The notes beneath the pieces were generated by a model, which worked only from the letters and a program-made list of their open reading frames with translations, had not been told where the DNA came from and searched no databases. Both the position numbers and the translations under genes were made by a program. A DNA stretch of 63,998 nucleotides, the filler included, from Chrysochromulina tobinii (Eukaryota): assembly GCA_001275005.1 (NCBI GenBank). It is 12 parts of 12 records of this genome, joined end to end, with 100 filler letters (N's around TTAATTAATTAA, not from the genome) between each part and the next. Parts side by side here need not be neighbours in the genome. Positions count along the whole stretch, not along the records: positions 31,884 to 34,471 come from JWZX01000675.1; positions 34,572 to 39,410 come from JWZX01000676.1; positions 39,511 to 49,371 come from JWZX01000677.1; 9 more parts are not named here. One strand, given 5' to 3'. Of the stretch, positions 33,934 through 46,986 are shown piece after piece; position 1 is the stretch's first letter, and every line of letters begins with the position of its first letter.

Positions 33934-35071
33934 GCTGTGGATTCAATTCCAACATAGCGACAGTGGCCCTCGTGCTTGGTCCGGATCGTGTACGCGCGCG
34001 GCGCCGTTGTGTTTCACAGCAGCAGCAGCACACTACCAAATTTTAGAAGCCATGTACGCCATGCCCGACCTGGATGAGGATTCAACCCTGCGCGTGGCTC
34101 GGCCATGGCGCAAAAAGCTCTTTCGCGCCCATGCTTGCGCCTTCTGACTCAACATGCAATGCGTGGTCTGTCGCCTCGTCGCTGCCGCGGCTGGCGATCG
34201 CGCGTGGGCACGAAATCCGCGTGCTGCACGTGCGTTGCAATCGGTCGACTCGCTGTGGTGGGCGCCGACAGATCGCACCATCCTGCTGGCCGTGGATGGC
34301 CTGGGAAGCATATCGATACTCGTGCAGCTGAGCAATCGTCACCATGATTGTGGCGTCTCTCGACTCCGCTCAGACGTCCACGTCGGCGCTCCAAGGCAAC
34401 GCGGCCCAGCTCTCCACGTGCCTCGACGTGACCATCACCTCCGTCAGCGGCGTGGGTACGACATCGCAAGTNNNNNNNNNNNNNNNNNNNNNNNNNNNNN
34501 NNNNNNNNNNNNNNNTTAATTAATTAANNNNNNNNNNNNNNNNNNNNNNNNNNNNNNNNNNNNNNNNNNNNGTCATGGAATTTCGAGGGGGCTAGGATTA
34601 CAATTCCGAAATTCCAGGATTTCAATTCCAAGTCCGCGCCTGCACTGTCACCTCACCGCTCCGCGAGGCAGACGAGCAAAATGGATAAGGTGGAAATCGG
34701 ACGGTGACGGCCTCTTTTCTCTCAAACCGGTAGGCTGTTGAATCCAAATTTGGGACGACAGACTGGCCGACACACACACAGACACACACGCCAAAAAATG
34801 GGTCCGCCGGTCCGGCCAAAATCGCGCGCGCGCTATTTTCACGCGGGCGGTTAATCTCTGAGGCTTCCCTCCCGGTGTTCCAACGGGGGTGGGGAAGAAC
34901 ATATTCGAGAAAGCTTCGAGAACGCTCTCGCTCTCGTACGCTCTGTCATGTTGTTGTTGTTGTGTCCCACCCTTGGGGGGACGTCGTGTTCGTTAACACT
35001 AAACATCCCTTCCGAGCCCAACGAACTGTGTCGCTGAGCACCCCGATCATCCTCGTCGATCACCTGCCCAC

Positions 35072-36456
<1,385 letters not shown>

Positions 36457-38039
36457 TCCTCGTTGGACCCCGCGAGATGCAAAAAGCACCTGCTTCATTG
36501 TATCTGCATGCATCCTCCCTCCTGCATGATTGCGACAACGAGGACAGCAGAGCGTCGCTGCATCAGAGCCCACGCGGATAGATCAACGCTGCATCGCGAA
36601 AGACGACATTGGCCTCTACCACAGCACGCGGTCTTTGAATGCTCATGGGTTCCAAACGTTTGCGCTCGACGTGCCACCTGGATGTGAGTGGCGGCATCGT
36701 GTTCGTCGTGAGCAGGTCACAAGCGTGGAGCTCGAGGAAGTCACGCCGGCCTCGCAGAGCGAGAAGCTGCCGCCGGGCGAACAACAGGCGATGTGGCATG
36801 GATTGTTTGGCGCTTCGTATGGCGAGGCGACCTCTGCAACGAAGAAGGGCCCCTGGAACGAGCTTGAAACCGGCACTCAGTGCTGTACACTGGGTGCCGC
36901 GAACAAGAAGAACCGAGTGCCTTGCTGCATGTACCTCGGGGTCGTAGCTCTGGAAACGTTCCTACAAGCTACGTACTGTACCACAGTGGGTTCTGGTTGC
37001 ATATCCTCTCGATGCCCACGCTGGCACCGCCGCCGCCGCTGCTTCTAACACTACCTCGAAGCCCATTTCACGGTTCATATTGGGCATGGCGACGCGTGCG
37101 CGAGCGCTGGCGGCGTGCGGACGGCGACGCTCGCTAGCCGGCCCTTGAGAGAGGGCCGCGCGTCAGCCGTGAGGGTCCGCCGTGGGCGTTTGGGACCGGT
37201 CAAACGAGTAGACGTGTTGCACGCCGGCGTGAAACGAGATCCGACAAACTTTTCGACTCGAGCAATGCGGGACCCCACTTGACTTTTTCTCGCGGCCGCG
37301 CCGCGTTCAGATGCGTGAGTCATATTGAAGGTGAGCGTCCCGGACCTTGGGTTGTGTGACACACGACAAACCGCGCCCTTGCATTTCCCACCCCCTTGCC
37401 AGAACCCGCGTTGACCTTTTTTTCGAATAGGCGTTCGGTCGAATCTTTTTTTGCATCAACCGGGGGTTTCCAAAATCCACTAGGAAAAAGGCTTTCCAAA
37501 AGCAGCCTACCGGTTTGAGAGAAAAGAGGCCTTCACCGGCCGCCTCCTCCTTATCCATTTTGCTCGACAGCCTCGCGGAGCCTCGCGCGCCCAGATCTCG
37601 ATAAAGTAGACTCATGGTCGAGGCGCAGCTCATAGAAGATGTGTTCGTATGTTGCACCCGCTTCCTAAGAATGTATTTTCATTGCGTCTCGTCCCGACAT
37701 TGGCCATCACCACTCAAGCGCAAAAATGCCCCGACGAGCAAGCGACACGCAGTTGCGCCGCTCGAAATGGTCGCTCCACCACTCGAGATCGCGCCAGAAG
37801 CCATCGCCGACGCGCATCTCGCTCCACGCGCCGCCCGCGCCCGTCCTCCGCACGGCGCCTCGGCGCCAGTCCACCTCCAGGCCCGCGAACGACGACAGCA
37901 TCGACTGCATGGGGCATGCTGCCGATCGACGCCATCCATCGACGACCCCCGCTCCTGGGTGTGGCGCCGCTCCGAGCCGATCCACTCGGTGAACGGCCCG
38001 AAGCGCTCGGTCAACTCGCCGTACGCCGCCACGCTGAGA

Positions 38040-38763
38040 AGCTCGAGGAGGGAGTAAGCTGTGGGCGAACATGCTTGTACAGTACGCGGACGAGTATGCG
38101 CTGGTGCTGCGCCTTGTTGTCATTTCACTGCTCATCCCCGCTGACACGTCGGAGTGCGAGCGCATCTTCTCGCTCATGAACGACCTCAAGACTGCCGAGC
38201 GGAACTTGATGGGCCAGCAGAACCTCAAGAACCTGATGCTGTGGCACATAATGGGCTACAAGACGGACGCGGAGGGCAAAAAGATCAAGATGCCGTGCTG
38301 TGACGTGCCAGTGATGGCCATCCTCAAGGAGTTCCGCTCCATGGCATTCGAGAATGGCGGCACGCTCGGCCGCAAGGCCCACCGGGCAGCGCCGCGGTGC
38401 CAAAGTACGAGTACGAGAATCACCGGGCACCAGTGAAGGCGGCCACCTCGGCCGCCTCTGCCGCAGAAGAATGAGGAATGAGGCGCTGGCATAGGAACGT
38501 GTCATGGAGAGAGCGGGCGGGAATGACATGGAGTGAGCGGGCGGGCGCGTCGCGAGTGAGGCAGAGCGGTCCGAGCGGTCCGGCTGTCTCGCTGAGCCCA
38601 GTGCGTGTTTTAGAAGAGGTGTTGAGACGGGCTGTAGAGGTGTTAAGACAGGCTGTCTCAACAGCTCCTGAAACAGGTGTTAAGACAGGCTAACACTTCC
38701 TTAGCTTAAGTGTTAAGACAGGCTGTCTCAACAGCGTCTCACGACGTTAAACCAACATCCCTG
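38040..38763 (+). mobile_element. hAT DNA transposon 3' remnant (dimerisation domain, subterminal repeats, probable TIR)
   Basis: LLIPADTSECERIFSLMNDLKTAERNLM...NLKNLMLW; repeated TGTTAAGACAGGCT(GTCTCAACA); end reads CAGGGATG on the minus strand like Ac-type TIRs. Confidence 0.8.
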
Positions 38764-39510
38764 GAGTCGCCGTCGGTGCGATTCGCTCTTGCCGTGGTCG
38801 GCATCGACCACGGGCGTCGCCTCGAAGCCCGAACGGGCCGACCCGAGCGCTTCTGAAGCCGCCAGGGAGCCCGGCAGCGTCGCTCCGGGCCCGCCCCTTA
38901 GAGAAAAAAAGGGTCGCTAGAACTCTACGAGACCTGATCAGAATTTTCACAAGGCGTGGTCTGAGCGTATGATATAGGAGCTGAGCAGCGAGTTGATGGC
39001 GTCTCGGAGTGTTAAAATTAGATTCACTCATTTTGACACATGACCTGATCACGGGAAAAGGCGTGCGCGCGCAACGGAGGGGACGCAGCCCACCTAAGAC
39101 ACAGATCGTCCGCATCATGAGCGGCACAGTGGCAGCAGCTGCGAGGTAGGTACGTTCCCTGCGAGGGCGGGACCTTCTGTGCCCGTCACGTCCTCGACGC
39201 AGCACGGGCACATGAGCGGCGCGATGTCCTCGAAGCCCATCACGCGCGGACCTGGGTCGACGTGGTTGAGGAGCGAGTTCAGCACTGCGGTGCGGCGAAC
39301 GGCAGCGTCGCAAGCCTCCTTCACCTTCCACAAGCACCGCATGCATACACCATCCTGGTTGATGCGCGTGTCCAAACCGCAGGCTGCGTGGCCTCGCGCC
39401 TGCACGCGGTNNNNNNNNNNNNNNNNNNNNNNNNNNNNNNNNNNNNNNNNNNNNTTAATTAATTAANNNNNNNNNNNNNNNNNNNNNNNNNNNNNNNNNN
39501 NNNNNNNNNN

Positions 39511-42292
39511 GTGGCCGAGGGGTTGTAGTTGAGCGCCTGTGGGGTCGTGCAGCCGCTGATGAGGTACGTGCACAACGAGGCGACGTTGACGTTGGCCGCG
39601 GGCATGTAGTTGCTGGCGGCAGTGTTCATGCAGCCCCGGACGCGGTACGTGCACGAGGACGGGCTGTTGACGTTGGCGTTGCTGTTGTAGTTGAGCGCCG
39701 CGGTCGCCATGCAGCCGGTGACACGGGCGATGCACGACGAGGTGGCCGTTGGGTTGCCCGGCGTGGCCGACGCCATGTAATTGAATGCATTGACGTTCTT
39801 GCAGCCCCGGACGTGGTACGTGCAAGCGGACTGAAGGTGGGACGTGGCCGAGGCCGAATAGGTCGATGCCGCCGGGTCCATGCAGCCCGACGTCTGCAGC
39901 CGGCGGCCAGGAGCGTCCTCTGACGAAACCTTGGACGAAATCTCTGATGACGAAACTTCTGATGACGAAACTTCTGATGACGAAGCCTCTGACGAAACTT
40001 CGGTCGAGGCCTCCTCCACGAGGCGGCGGCCCGAGCCCGCGCACGAGCCCGGGATGGCGAAGGTGTTCCGCGCATTGTAGTTGGGATCGCCCACGGTCAT
40101 GCAGCCGCCGTAGGAGCAAGAGCCAGCCTGCTGCACATTGTAGGCCGGGTTGAAGTTGGCCGCAACAGGATCGGTGCAGCCTGGGGCGTCTGGGCATGAT
40201 CCGTCGCTAATCGTGGCCTGCGCATTGTAATTGGAAGCCAGCGAGTTCATGCAGCCGTAGAAGATGCACGAGCCGGGGAGCAGCGTGTTGTAGAGCGCGT
40301 TGTAGTTGGCTGCCGCCGAGTTCGTGCAGCCCTGGACGCTGGGAACGCACGGATGGGCGTTCGCGTTGCTGTACGTGGCGGACGGGTTGTAGTTGAGGGC
40401 GTCCGAGCTCATGCAGCCAGCCACGGCGAAGACGCAGCAGTTGCCCGTGGGGCAGTAGGTGGCGCTCGCCTGATGAGGGAGACCATCAGAGGCCATCAGA
40501 GGTCATCAGAGGCCATCAGAGGCCATCAGGGCGCTCGCGTTGCGCTCGCCTGGTAGTTGACGGCCGCCGTGTTCGTGCAGCCCGGCACAGGCGGCGCGCA
40601 GCCGCCGTTGTCGTACGAGGCCGACGGGTTGTACTGGGGGAAGCGCGAGTCGGTGCATCCGCCGAGGAAGCACGAGCCGTCGTCGACGACGGCAAAGGGG
40701 CGGTAGTTGTACGCGGCGGTGTTCGTGCAGCCGGCCGGCGGCGGCGAGGGAGGCGGCGGCGGCGACGGCGAGGGGAAGGGCGAGGGCGGCGGCGAGGGCA
40801 AGTCTGCAGGCGGATCCGAGGGCGAAGGCAAAGGCGGGCCGCCGGGAGGCGGTGCTGGCGGGTAGAGGAGCCGTGCCTGGTGACTCACGGCACTCGAGGG
40901 CACGCCAAGGGTAGAGGCGGCCGCGGAGGTGACGAAACCCTCGAGGGCACTCATGCTGCCGGTCGAGGCGCCGGCGGAGGTCGCGTCCGGTGTGGCCGTG
41001 CTGATGGTGCATTCGACGGTGTGGAGGGCCTCGATGACGTCGACGATGGAAGACGTTGCGACGCCGGCGGCCGTCGCGAGCGCCGTCGCGAGCGCGCTCG
41101 GCATCCCCGGAAGGAGAGGGAGTCCGATGACTGCCTCCGGCGACAGCACGCGACGAAGCCGCAGCTTCGTCAGGCGGGCGAGAGATTGGAGCTCGCGCGA
41201 GCTCGACGCTCGGGACGGCGCTGTCTCGTCGGGGAGTGCTCGGTACGGCGCGGTTTCGTCGGTGAGTGCTCGGGACGGCGCGTTTTCGTCGGCGAGTGCT
41301 CGGTACGGCGCGGTTTCGTCGGTGAGTGCTCGGGACGGCGCGTTTTCGTCGGCGAGTGCTCGGGACGGCGCGGTTTCGTCGGCGAGTGCTCGGCGCGAGC
41401 TGCCCGAGGTGATGTCGAGTGTCACCCCGCACGTGTCGGAGCCCGTCGCGCTGCCACACATGAGTTGGGTGGCTGCGCTCACCATCGCCGCACTGCTGAG
41501 GGCGGTCGAGTGCGTCACGTTGACGTTTGAGCTCTGCGTGACGATCAATGCGGTGAGCGCCGTGCCGCTCGCGCCCGAGACAGCGCTAGCGATGGAGGCG
41601 GAGAGTGCGGCCACGGTTGGGCGCGCCGAGGAGGACGCCACGTCGATGGTCAACGTCGTGTGCGTGCCGTATGCGCGGGGGGCGTACGGCGGCGGCGGGT
41701 ACGGCGGAGGTGGAGACGTCGATGATGCTTCAAAGTGGAAGCTCGGCGAGAGGAGCCCGAAGGACAAGCCCACCGCCACGGCAACGATGGCGACGATAGT
41801 AGCGACCGCGAAGGCCATCCAACAGCGCACTTTCGTCCCACGCTTTTCCAACCAAATATCTGCGGGCTTGGGTCTGCTCGAATCGTCAGGTGCAGGGCCG
41901 GTGCGAGCGCGTGCTATGCGATTCGAGCGGTGCAATGGATTGCTGTCCATCTCGTAACGACGTGACGAAGCGTGGGCGGTCTTGGGGTCTTTGGCGGGGG
42001 CCGCTGGCGTCAACGACGTGAACTCAATGCCAAGGGTAAGCTTTGGATCCTGCATGCTCGATGGAGACGGGCTGGGCAGGGGCGAGGGCGGTCGTTCGCC
42101 TCTGCGAGATGCTTTTGCAGCAGCAGCAGCGGTAGCGGTGGCCTCGTTTTCATCGCGTCTCCCAGAGAAGGATTCGATGAAGTCCTTCATGGAGTCCACG
42201 GGGCTGGACCATCCCGTGTTAAAGCCCGCCATGCTCTGCTGCCTCGCGCCGAGGGAATGTAAGGACAGGGCTGCAGGAATTGGCCTCTGCAA
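39511..42292 (-). CDS. Type II membrane/surface protein with GCT/GCM-x-x-x-A-x-NYN Cys-rich repeats; GC-AG intron 40470-40549; 3' truncated
   Basis: TM helix WMAFAVATIVAIVAVAVGLSFGLL, Ser/Thr-rich domain, more than 12 repeats like GCTDPVAANFNPAYN...GSC. Confidence 0.8.
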
Positions 42293-42739
42293 CTGGGCCT
42301 GCGCTACAGGAGCCGCGTAGTTCTTCGGTAAGAAAGTAAGATTCCTATTGCGGAATCTTTACTTTCAAGCGAGAGACCAATCGATGTGGTGAAGGGTGAA
42401 GGATTGAACGAGATTGGATGGGCATGATGGATGAGATGAGAGATGATGAGAAGACAGGACGCCTGACTGGGGGTCGTCACTCGCGGGCGTCGTGCTTATG
42501 TGCTGTGCGTTGGCGGTTTGGGATGGTTGTGAGGTTCTTCTGTGATCTGTGTGATCCGTGTGCCCGTCTGCCCGTGTGTCCCAAATTTGTCACATTGACT
42601 TCACACCGCACACGACGGCTCCCCCGCGGTGCACGAAATGCATCGCATCAAAGAGTCCAATGAAAGTGTCAACATTCATGTGGTGGTTAATGGCAGGAAA
42701 TTCTCTGGGAGAAAAGTCTCTTACAGGAAATACTTAGGT

Positions 42740-42975
42740 TCAAAGTTACCAATTTGGAATTTCATCCATGGACGCGAGTTGCAGCGTCGTGGCGGCCAAC
42801 GCGATGGTCGATCCGCGCTCCGTCGCGGCGACGAGAATATTCGAGGCCAAGGCCGTGGGCTTCATCAACAGCGTCAAAGGAGCGGTCCACCTCGGCCTTT
42901 GCCTGCTTGGTGCATGTGAGACTGGTCACCCTACGTGCACGAAGCTGCTGCTCGCCGCCCATGCCGCCTCGACGA
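42740..42975 (+). pseudogene. Degenerate partial copy of the 5' end of the ankyrin-kinase gene (another copy at ~46590-46770)
   Basis: Near identity to 46960-47180 (AAGTTACCA..GGAATTCATCCATGGACGCGAG...). Confidence 0.75.
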
Positions 42976-43144
42976 CGATCGGTGGCGCCGCGATGGCCCA
43001 CGGGGCGAGGCGGAGGCGTCGCAGCTCGTGTCCGCGGTGAAGACGGCGATCGAGGCGCTCGAGGGCGCCTCATCACGTTGAGTATCTCGTGGATGTGCGA
43101 GCATCGTAGTAAAAAATAGAAATGAGTCCGAACCGGGACCGGAT

Positions 43145-45895
43145 GTGTGGGGAAATCGTAGGAACTGCGGAATTGTGATGTCTTCCTATCGGCTCGTGTC
43201 GGGCATGCGGGTGCTCGTCGGCGCGTGTGACGGCCGAAGCAGTGTACCCCTTAAAACAGTCGTCCCGCCGGGAGAGGAAGCTCTGCGTGCAGCCTTTGCG
43301 AGTCTCGACGCGGACGGCAACGGGCGGCTCGATGCGGTCGAGATCCAGCAGGCGCTCTCTAAGCTCGGCATGGCCGCCATGCCGTCGGAGGCATTCGCCG
43401 TCCTCCAAAAGTACGACACCGACCGCTCGGGCGGCATCGAGCTGGCCGAGTTTGCGAGGTTCGTCCACGAACTTCCTTGCCTTTTTCAGACGTCGGACGG
43501 CGTGGACAGCGGCGAGGTGGTCGCCATCCTCGACGAGACGCCCAAATTCGACCACATCCTCGTCGCCCGCCAGGACGGCGTGCGAGGCTACATCCGTGTG
43601 CGAAACCTGCACGTGCAAGCGTGGCCGTTAAGACAACGGCAACTGTCGCTTTCAGCCACGCTGACGAGCCACAGGTTTGTTTGGTCGGGCGAGTTACAGC
43701 AGCGCGGCGCTTTCAGCATCGATGGACAATACCTTACCTTTACCCACGGCTCGTCGCGCCACAGGGTGACGGTGCTCGGCTCGCACGCCTTCAGCGTCGA
43801 AGGGTGGGACGGCTACCTCTTTCTCCTTGACGCCGCGCGCACAGAAATCGTCCTCTGGGACGGCGCGGCCGTCATCCACATCGCACGCGCCGAGGGTGTG
43901 GCCGCGGCGACGGGGGCCGCGCCGGCGCTCGCGCCGGGCTGGCAGGGTGTGTTTACATGGGCCAAGCACGAGCGAACCGAAAGAATGGGGTGTCAGTTCA
44001 GCGTGAGTGACGCCGGCCGCACGTTCACGCGCCGGGGCAGCGAAGCACCCGACCCGATCGTATTGATCACCCCACACGCGTGGCACCACGGCGACGGCAC
44101 TCGCGTGTACCTGCTGGATGATTCTAGCGACGGCCGTTCGATGCAGCGCGCCATCACGGTCTGGACACCCTCCGTCGTCGCCTCGTGCATTGCATTCCCC
44201 ACGACCTGCGCCGGGCAGCACGGCGCACCGGCGGATGCGTGGCGACTTGCGCCTGGTGGGAGCGTGATTGCGGGCAACGTCATGCATGCTGGCGGTGGCA
44301 CGCTGCTGCGCCGCCGGCCGGACCTCTCGCTCGATGCCGCCAACCGCACGGACGTGCAGATCTTCGATGGCGATGTATGCACTGTGCTCGAGGTTGCCGA
44401 TGGTCTCGGCGAGGGTCTCGGTACCTGCGCCTGGGTACGCGTCTGCAAGGCCGGCGTTGGCGACGGCTGGCTGAGCACCAACAACGTCCACATCCAAGGC
44501 CACGGCTACGCCCCCGCCGCGGGCGCGCCGGCGCCGCCCGTGCCGGGCATCAACCCTCTCGGCCGACCGCTTCCCCCGGAGTGGCAGCAGCCGCAGGCTG
44601 AAAATCTGCATCTCGCGGCTGTCGAGCCGGGTTCAGCCGACTGGGCACGGCTTGAGTCGCGGCTGCTGGCGACGGTACCATCGGCGACCCTGAGGCGTGT
44701 GGAACGGATCCAAAATGTGCGCCTCTATGCCTCCTTCGACGTCCAAATGACCATGCTCCAGAACGACCTGGGCGGCGAGCGGCCGACGGTGCAGGAGCTC
44801 TTCCATGGCACCGGCAGGACGCCGCCGCACATGATCTACAACGGGCAAGAGGGCTTCGACATGCGATTCTGTGACCAAGGCATGTGGGGCATTGCCTCTT
44901 ACTTTGCCGTTGAGGCTGCCTACTCGAATACGGACAGGTACTGCTACAAGAACGAGCGCGGCGAGCGGGAGCTGCTGGTTGCCGATGTCATCACCGGCCG
45001 CACCATCGAGCTGCCACCGGACGCGTCGCTGCGTATGCCGCCAGAGATGCCGTCGATGACGTGGGCTCGCCCGACGCCCGGCATCGAATCGGGCGCCGCT
45101 GCTTCGATGCCGTCTGGCACCCGATACGATTCGGTCACTGGCGTGGGTGGCGGCGGCGGCCGCTCCCGAGTCTACATGATCTACCGGCACGACCGCGCGT
45201 ACCCCAAGTTTCGTCTGACGTACGTTACGGATCAGGACAGGCGTCTCTCGATGCATGCGCCGTCCACCCAGGCAAGGCCACCGCGGTTTCCGATACCGAT
45301 GCCCTTGCCCTTCTCCTCCGCGGCGGCAGTCGACACGTTTGCCCTCTATCTGCGGCCACACTTGGCGCTCGGTTCGGCGCGTTGGGCGGTGGGCTGGCAA
45401 GCAGCGGATCACCTGCAGCAGAATTGGGGCGGACTGCATGTCACTCTATGCAGCTTCGCTCCCAAGCTTTCGTCCGGAATCCATGGTCACCACGGCGGAG
45501 GCCTCAAGGAAACGTTGCGTCAAGTCCAGGCGTGCCTGTCAGCTCGCTGGCAGCTCGCCGCGCGCCATGGTCCGATCTGGTATCGGCGCAACCACATCCT
45601 GATGATCCAACTGCAGACGGCCGCGCCTTCTAAAAACCTGTCTGGCATATGCCGCGTCGTGCAGAGCGCTGGCATGGTGAATCCGCGCTCGGCGGCAGAC
45701 CTACATCTCACCTTGGGCGACACGCGCCGCTTGCCGCCGCTGCCTGGAGGCGCTGCCTTCCCCGCCGAAGGTGCCAATGAGCCTCTGCCGCCTGAGCTCG
45801 CCGCCGATCTGTACGAAGCGCACTGGGCCCTGAGCGTCGCCAAGCTCCCCGGGGGGAGCTGCCCCGCTACGGACAACGAGGTGGTGCCCATATGA
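43145..45895 (+). CDS. Multidomain protein: EF-hand pair, SH3-like segments, PARP/ART catalytic domain, C-terminal 2H phosphoesterase-like domain
   Basis: DADGNGRLDAVE and DTDRSGGIELAE EF loops; VERIQN..LY, LFHGT, GFDMRF, GMWGIASYFA..AAYS, RYDSVTG, YMIY..DRAYP; two HxT motifs (GGLHVTL, DLHLTL). Confidence 0.85.
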   Translation: MWGNRRNCGIVMSSYRLVSGMRVLVGACDGRSSVPLKTVVPPGEEALRAAFASLDADGNGRLDAVEIQQALSKLGMAAMPSEAFAVLQKYDTDRSGGIELAEFARFVHELPCLFQTSDGVDSGEVVAILDETPKFDHILVARQDGVRGYIRVRNLHVQAWPLRQRQLSLSATLTSHRFVWSGELQQRGAFSIDGQYLTFTHGSSRHRVTVLGSHAFSVEGWDGYLFLLDAARTEIVLWDGAAVIHIARAEGVAAATGAAPALAPGWQGVFTWAKHERTERMGCQFSVSDAGRTFTRRGSEAPDPIVLITPHAWHHGDGTRVYLLDDSSDGRSMQRAITVWTPSVVASCIAFPTTCAGQHGAPADAWRLAPGGSVIAGNVMHAGGGTLLRRRPDLSLDAANRTDVQIFDGDVCTVLEVADGLGEGLGTCAWVRVCKAGVGDGWLSTNNVHIQGHGYAPAAGAPAPPVPGINPLGRPLPPEWQQPQAENLHLAAVEPGSADWARLESRLLATVPSATLRRVERIQNVRLYASFDVQMTMLQNDLGGERPTVQELFHGTGRTPPHMIYNGQEGFDMRFCDQGMWGIASYFAVEAAYSNTDRYCYKNERGERELLVADVITGRTIELPPDASLRMPPEMPSMTWARPTPGIESGAAASMPSGTRYDSVTGVGGGGGRSRVYMIYRHDRAYPKFRLTYVTDQDRRLSMHAPSTQARPPRFPIPMPLPFSSAAAVDTFALYLRPHLALGSARWAVGWQAADHLQQNWGGLHVTLCSFAPKLSSGIHGHHGGGLKETLRQVQACLSARWQLAARHGPIWYRRNHILMIQLQTAAPSKNLSGICRVVQSAGMVNPRSAADLHLTLGDTRRLPPLPGGAAFPAEGANEPLPPELAADLYEAHWALSVAKLPGGSCPATDNEVVPI

Positions 45896-46214
45896 CAGAA
45901 TAGACCACATTTGTTGCGGCGTGGGTGCTGTCCGGGAGGCGAGCATGAGTGTGTGGTGCGTGGGTTCTGTCCGAGCATGTCAAATTTAGCTTTGTACATG
46001 ACATGTTGGTTGGCACGAAACGTGCCAGTGAGAGGACAAACGAAATCGGCACGCGCGTGGTCGTCACCGACGCCTTGGCTTAGGCCTTAGCAAATACGCC
46101 ATAACCCCCGGCGAAACGGGAGGTGCAGGTGGTCGTGGTTCGCGTACCATCGGCTTCGGGTTCACGGGTTCACGGGTGGTACAGCGTACACGTTCCGTTT
46201 TTCGGCAGGTCTCG

Positions 46215-46330
46215 GGTTTGGGCTCCGGCTTCGGGTTAGCGTTCGGGTTAGGGTTAGGGTCAGGTTCGGTCAGGGTAATTTCTTCTCTCACTCTCATCAA
46301 GACCCCCAACCCTAACGTTAACCCTAACGT
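46215..46330. repeat. Interstitial degenerate telomere-like repeats (TTAGGG/CCCTAA) in both orientations
   Basis: GGGTTAGCGTTCGGGTTAGGGTTAGGGTCAGG and CCCAACCCTAACGTTAACCCTAAC. Confidence 0.6.
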
Positions 46331-46986
46331 CCTCTCCCGTGAGCATCTATGCTTCATTACTTCCGTAAGGAACACGGGAGAGGCTAGCAGGGAGCTAGCC
46401 GAAGACCCACCCTCAACCCCTCCGTACATGCCTACGTAGCCACTGGTTCTGAGACCTGAAAATGCAACCCTGATGGGTCGAAAAGAGCTGTTTTGAGCGA
46501 CAGTTGACCATGGTTGCCAGAACCCAGGGTGGTGCCCCCTGGTACCTTCATCTGGTGCCGACTGGCGACCATTTTCGTCCATATACCTATGTTACCATTT
46601 TCGGAATCATCCATGGACGCGAGAGACAGCTTCGTGGCGGCCAACACGATGGTCGACGCGCTCCGTCGCGGCGACGAGGCCAAGGCCGTGGGCCTCGTCG
46701 ACAGGGTGACATGAGCGGCCCACCTCAGCCTTTGCCTGCTTTGTGCATGTGAGACAGGTCACCCTACAATGTAAGTTGCGCTGCGCGAGGTTGCTGCTCA
46801 GGTTTCCGTTCTGCACAGTTAACGGCTTGTGTTCACACGAGTTCTTTGTGTTGGCACGGGCTGTGTCGGCCACACCTCCGTCCATAGTGATAGTGGCTCT
46901 CGTGCTTGGGGGTCCGGAGAGTGTGCGCGTTGTGTTGAGCAGCAGCAGCAGCTGCACAGGAAAGTTACCATTTTGGGAATTCATCC

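Noticed and set aside
46215..46330. True telomere
   Set aside because: Short, degenerate and internal to a contig
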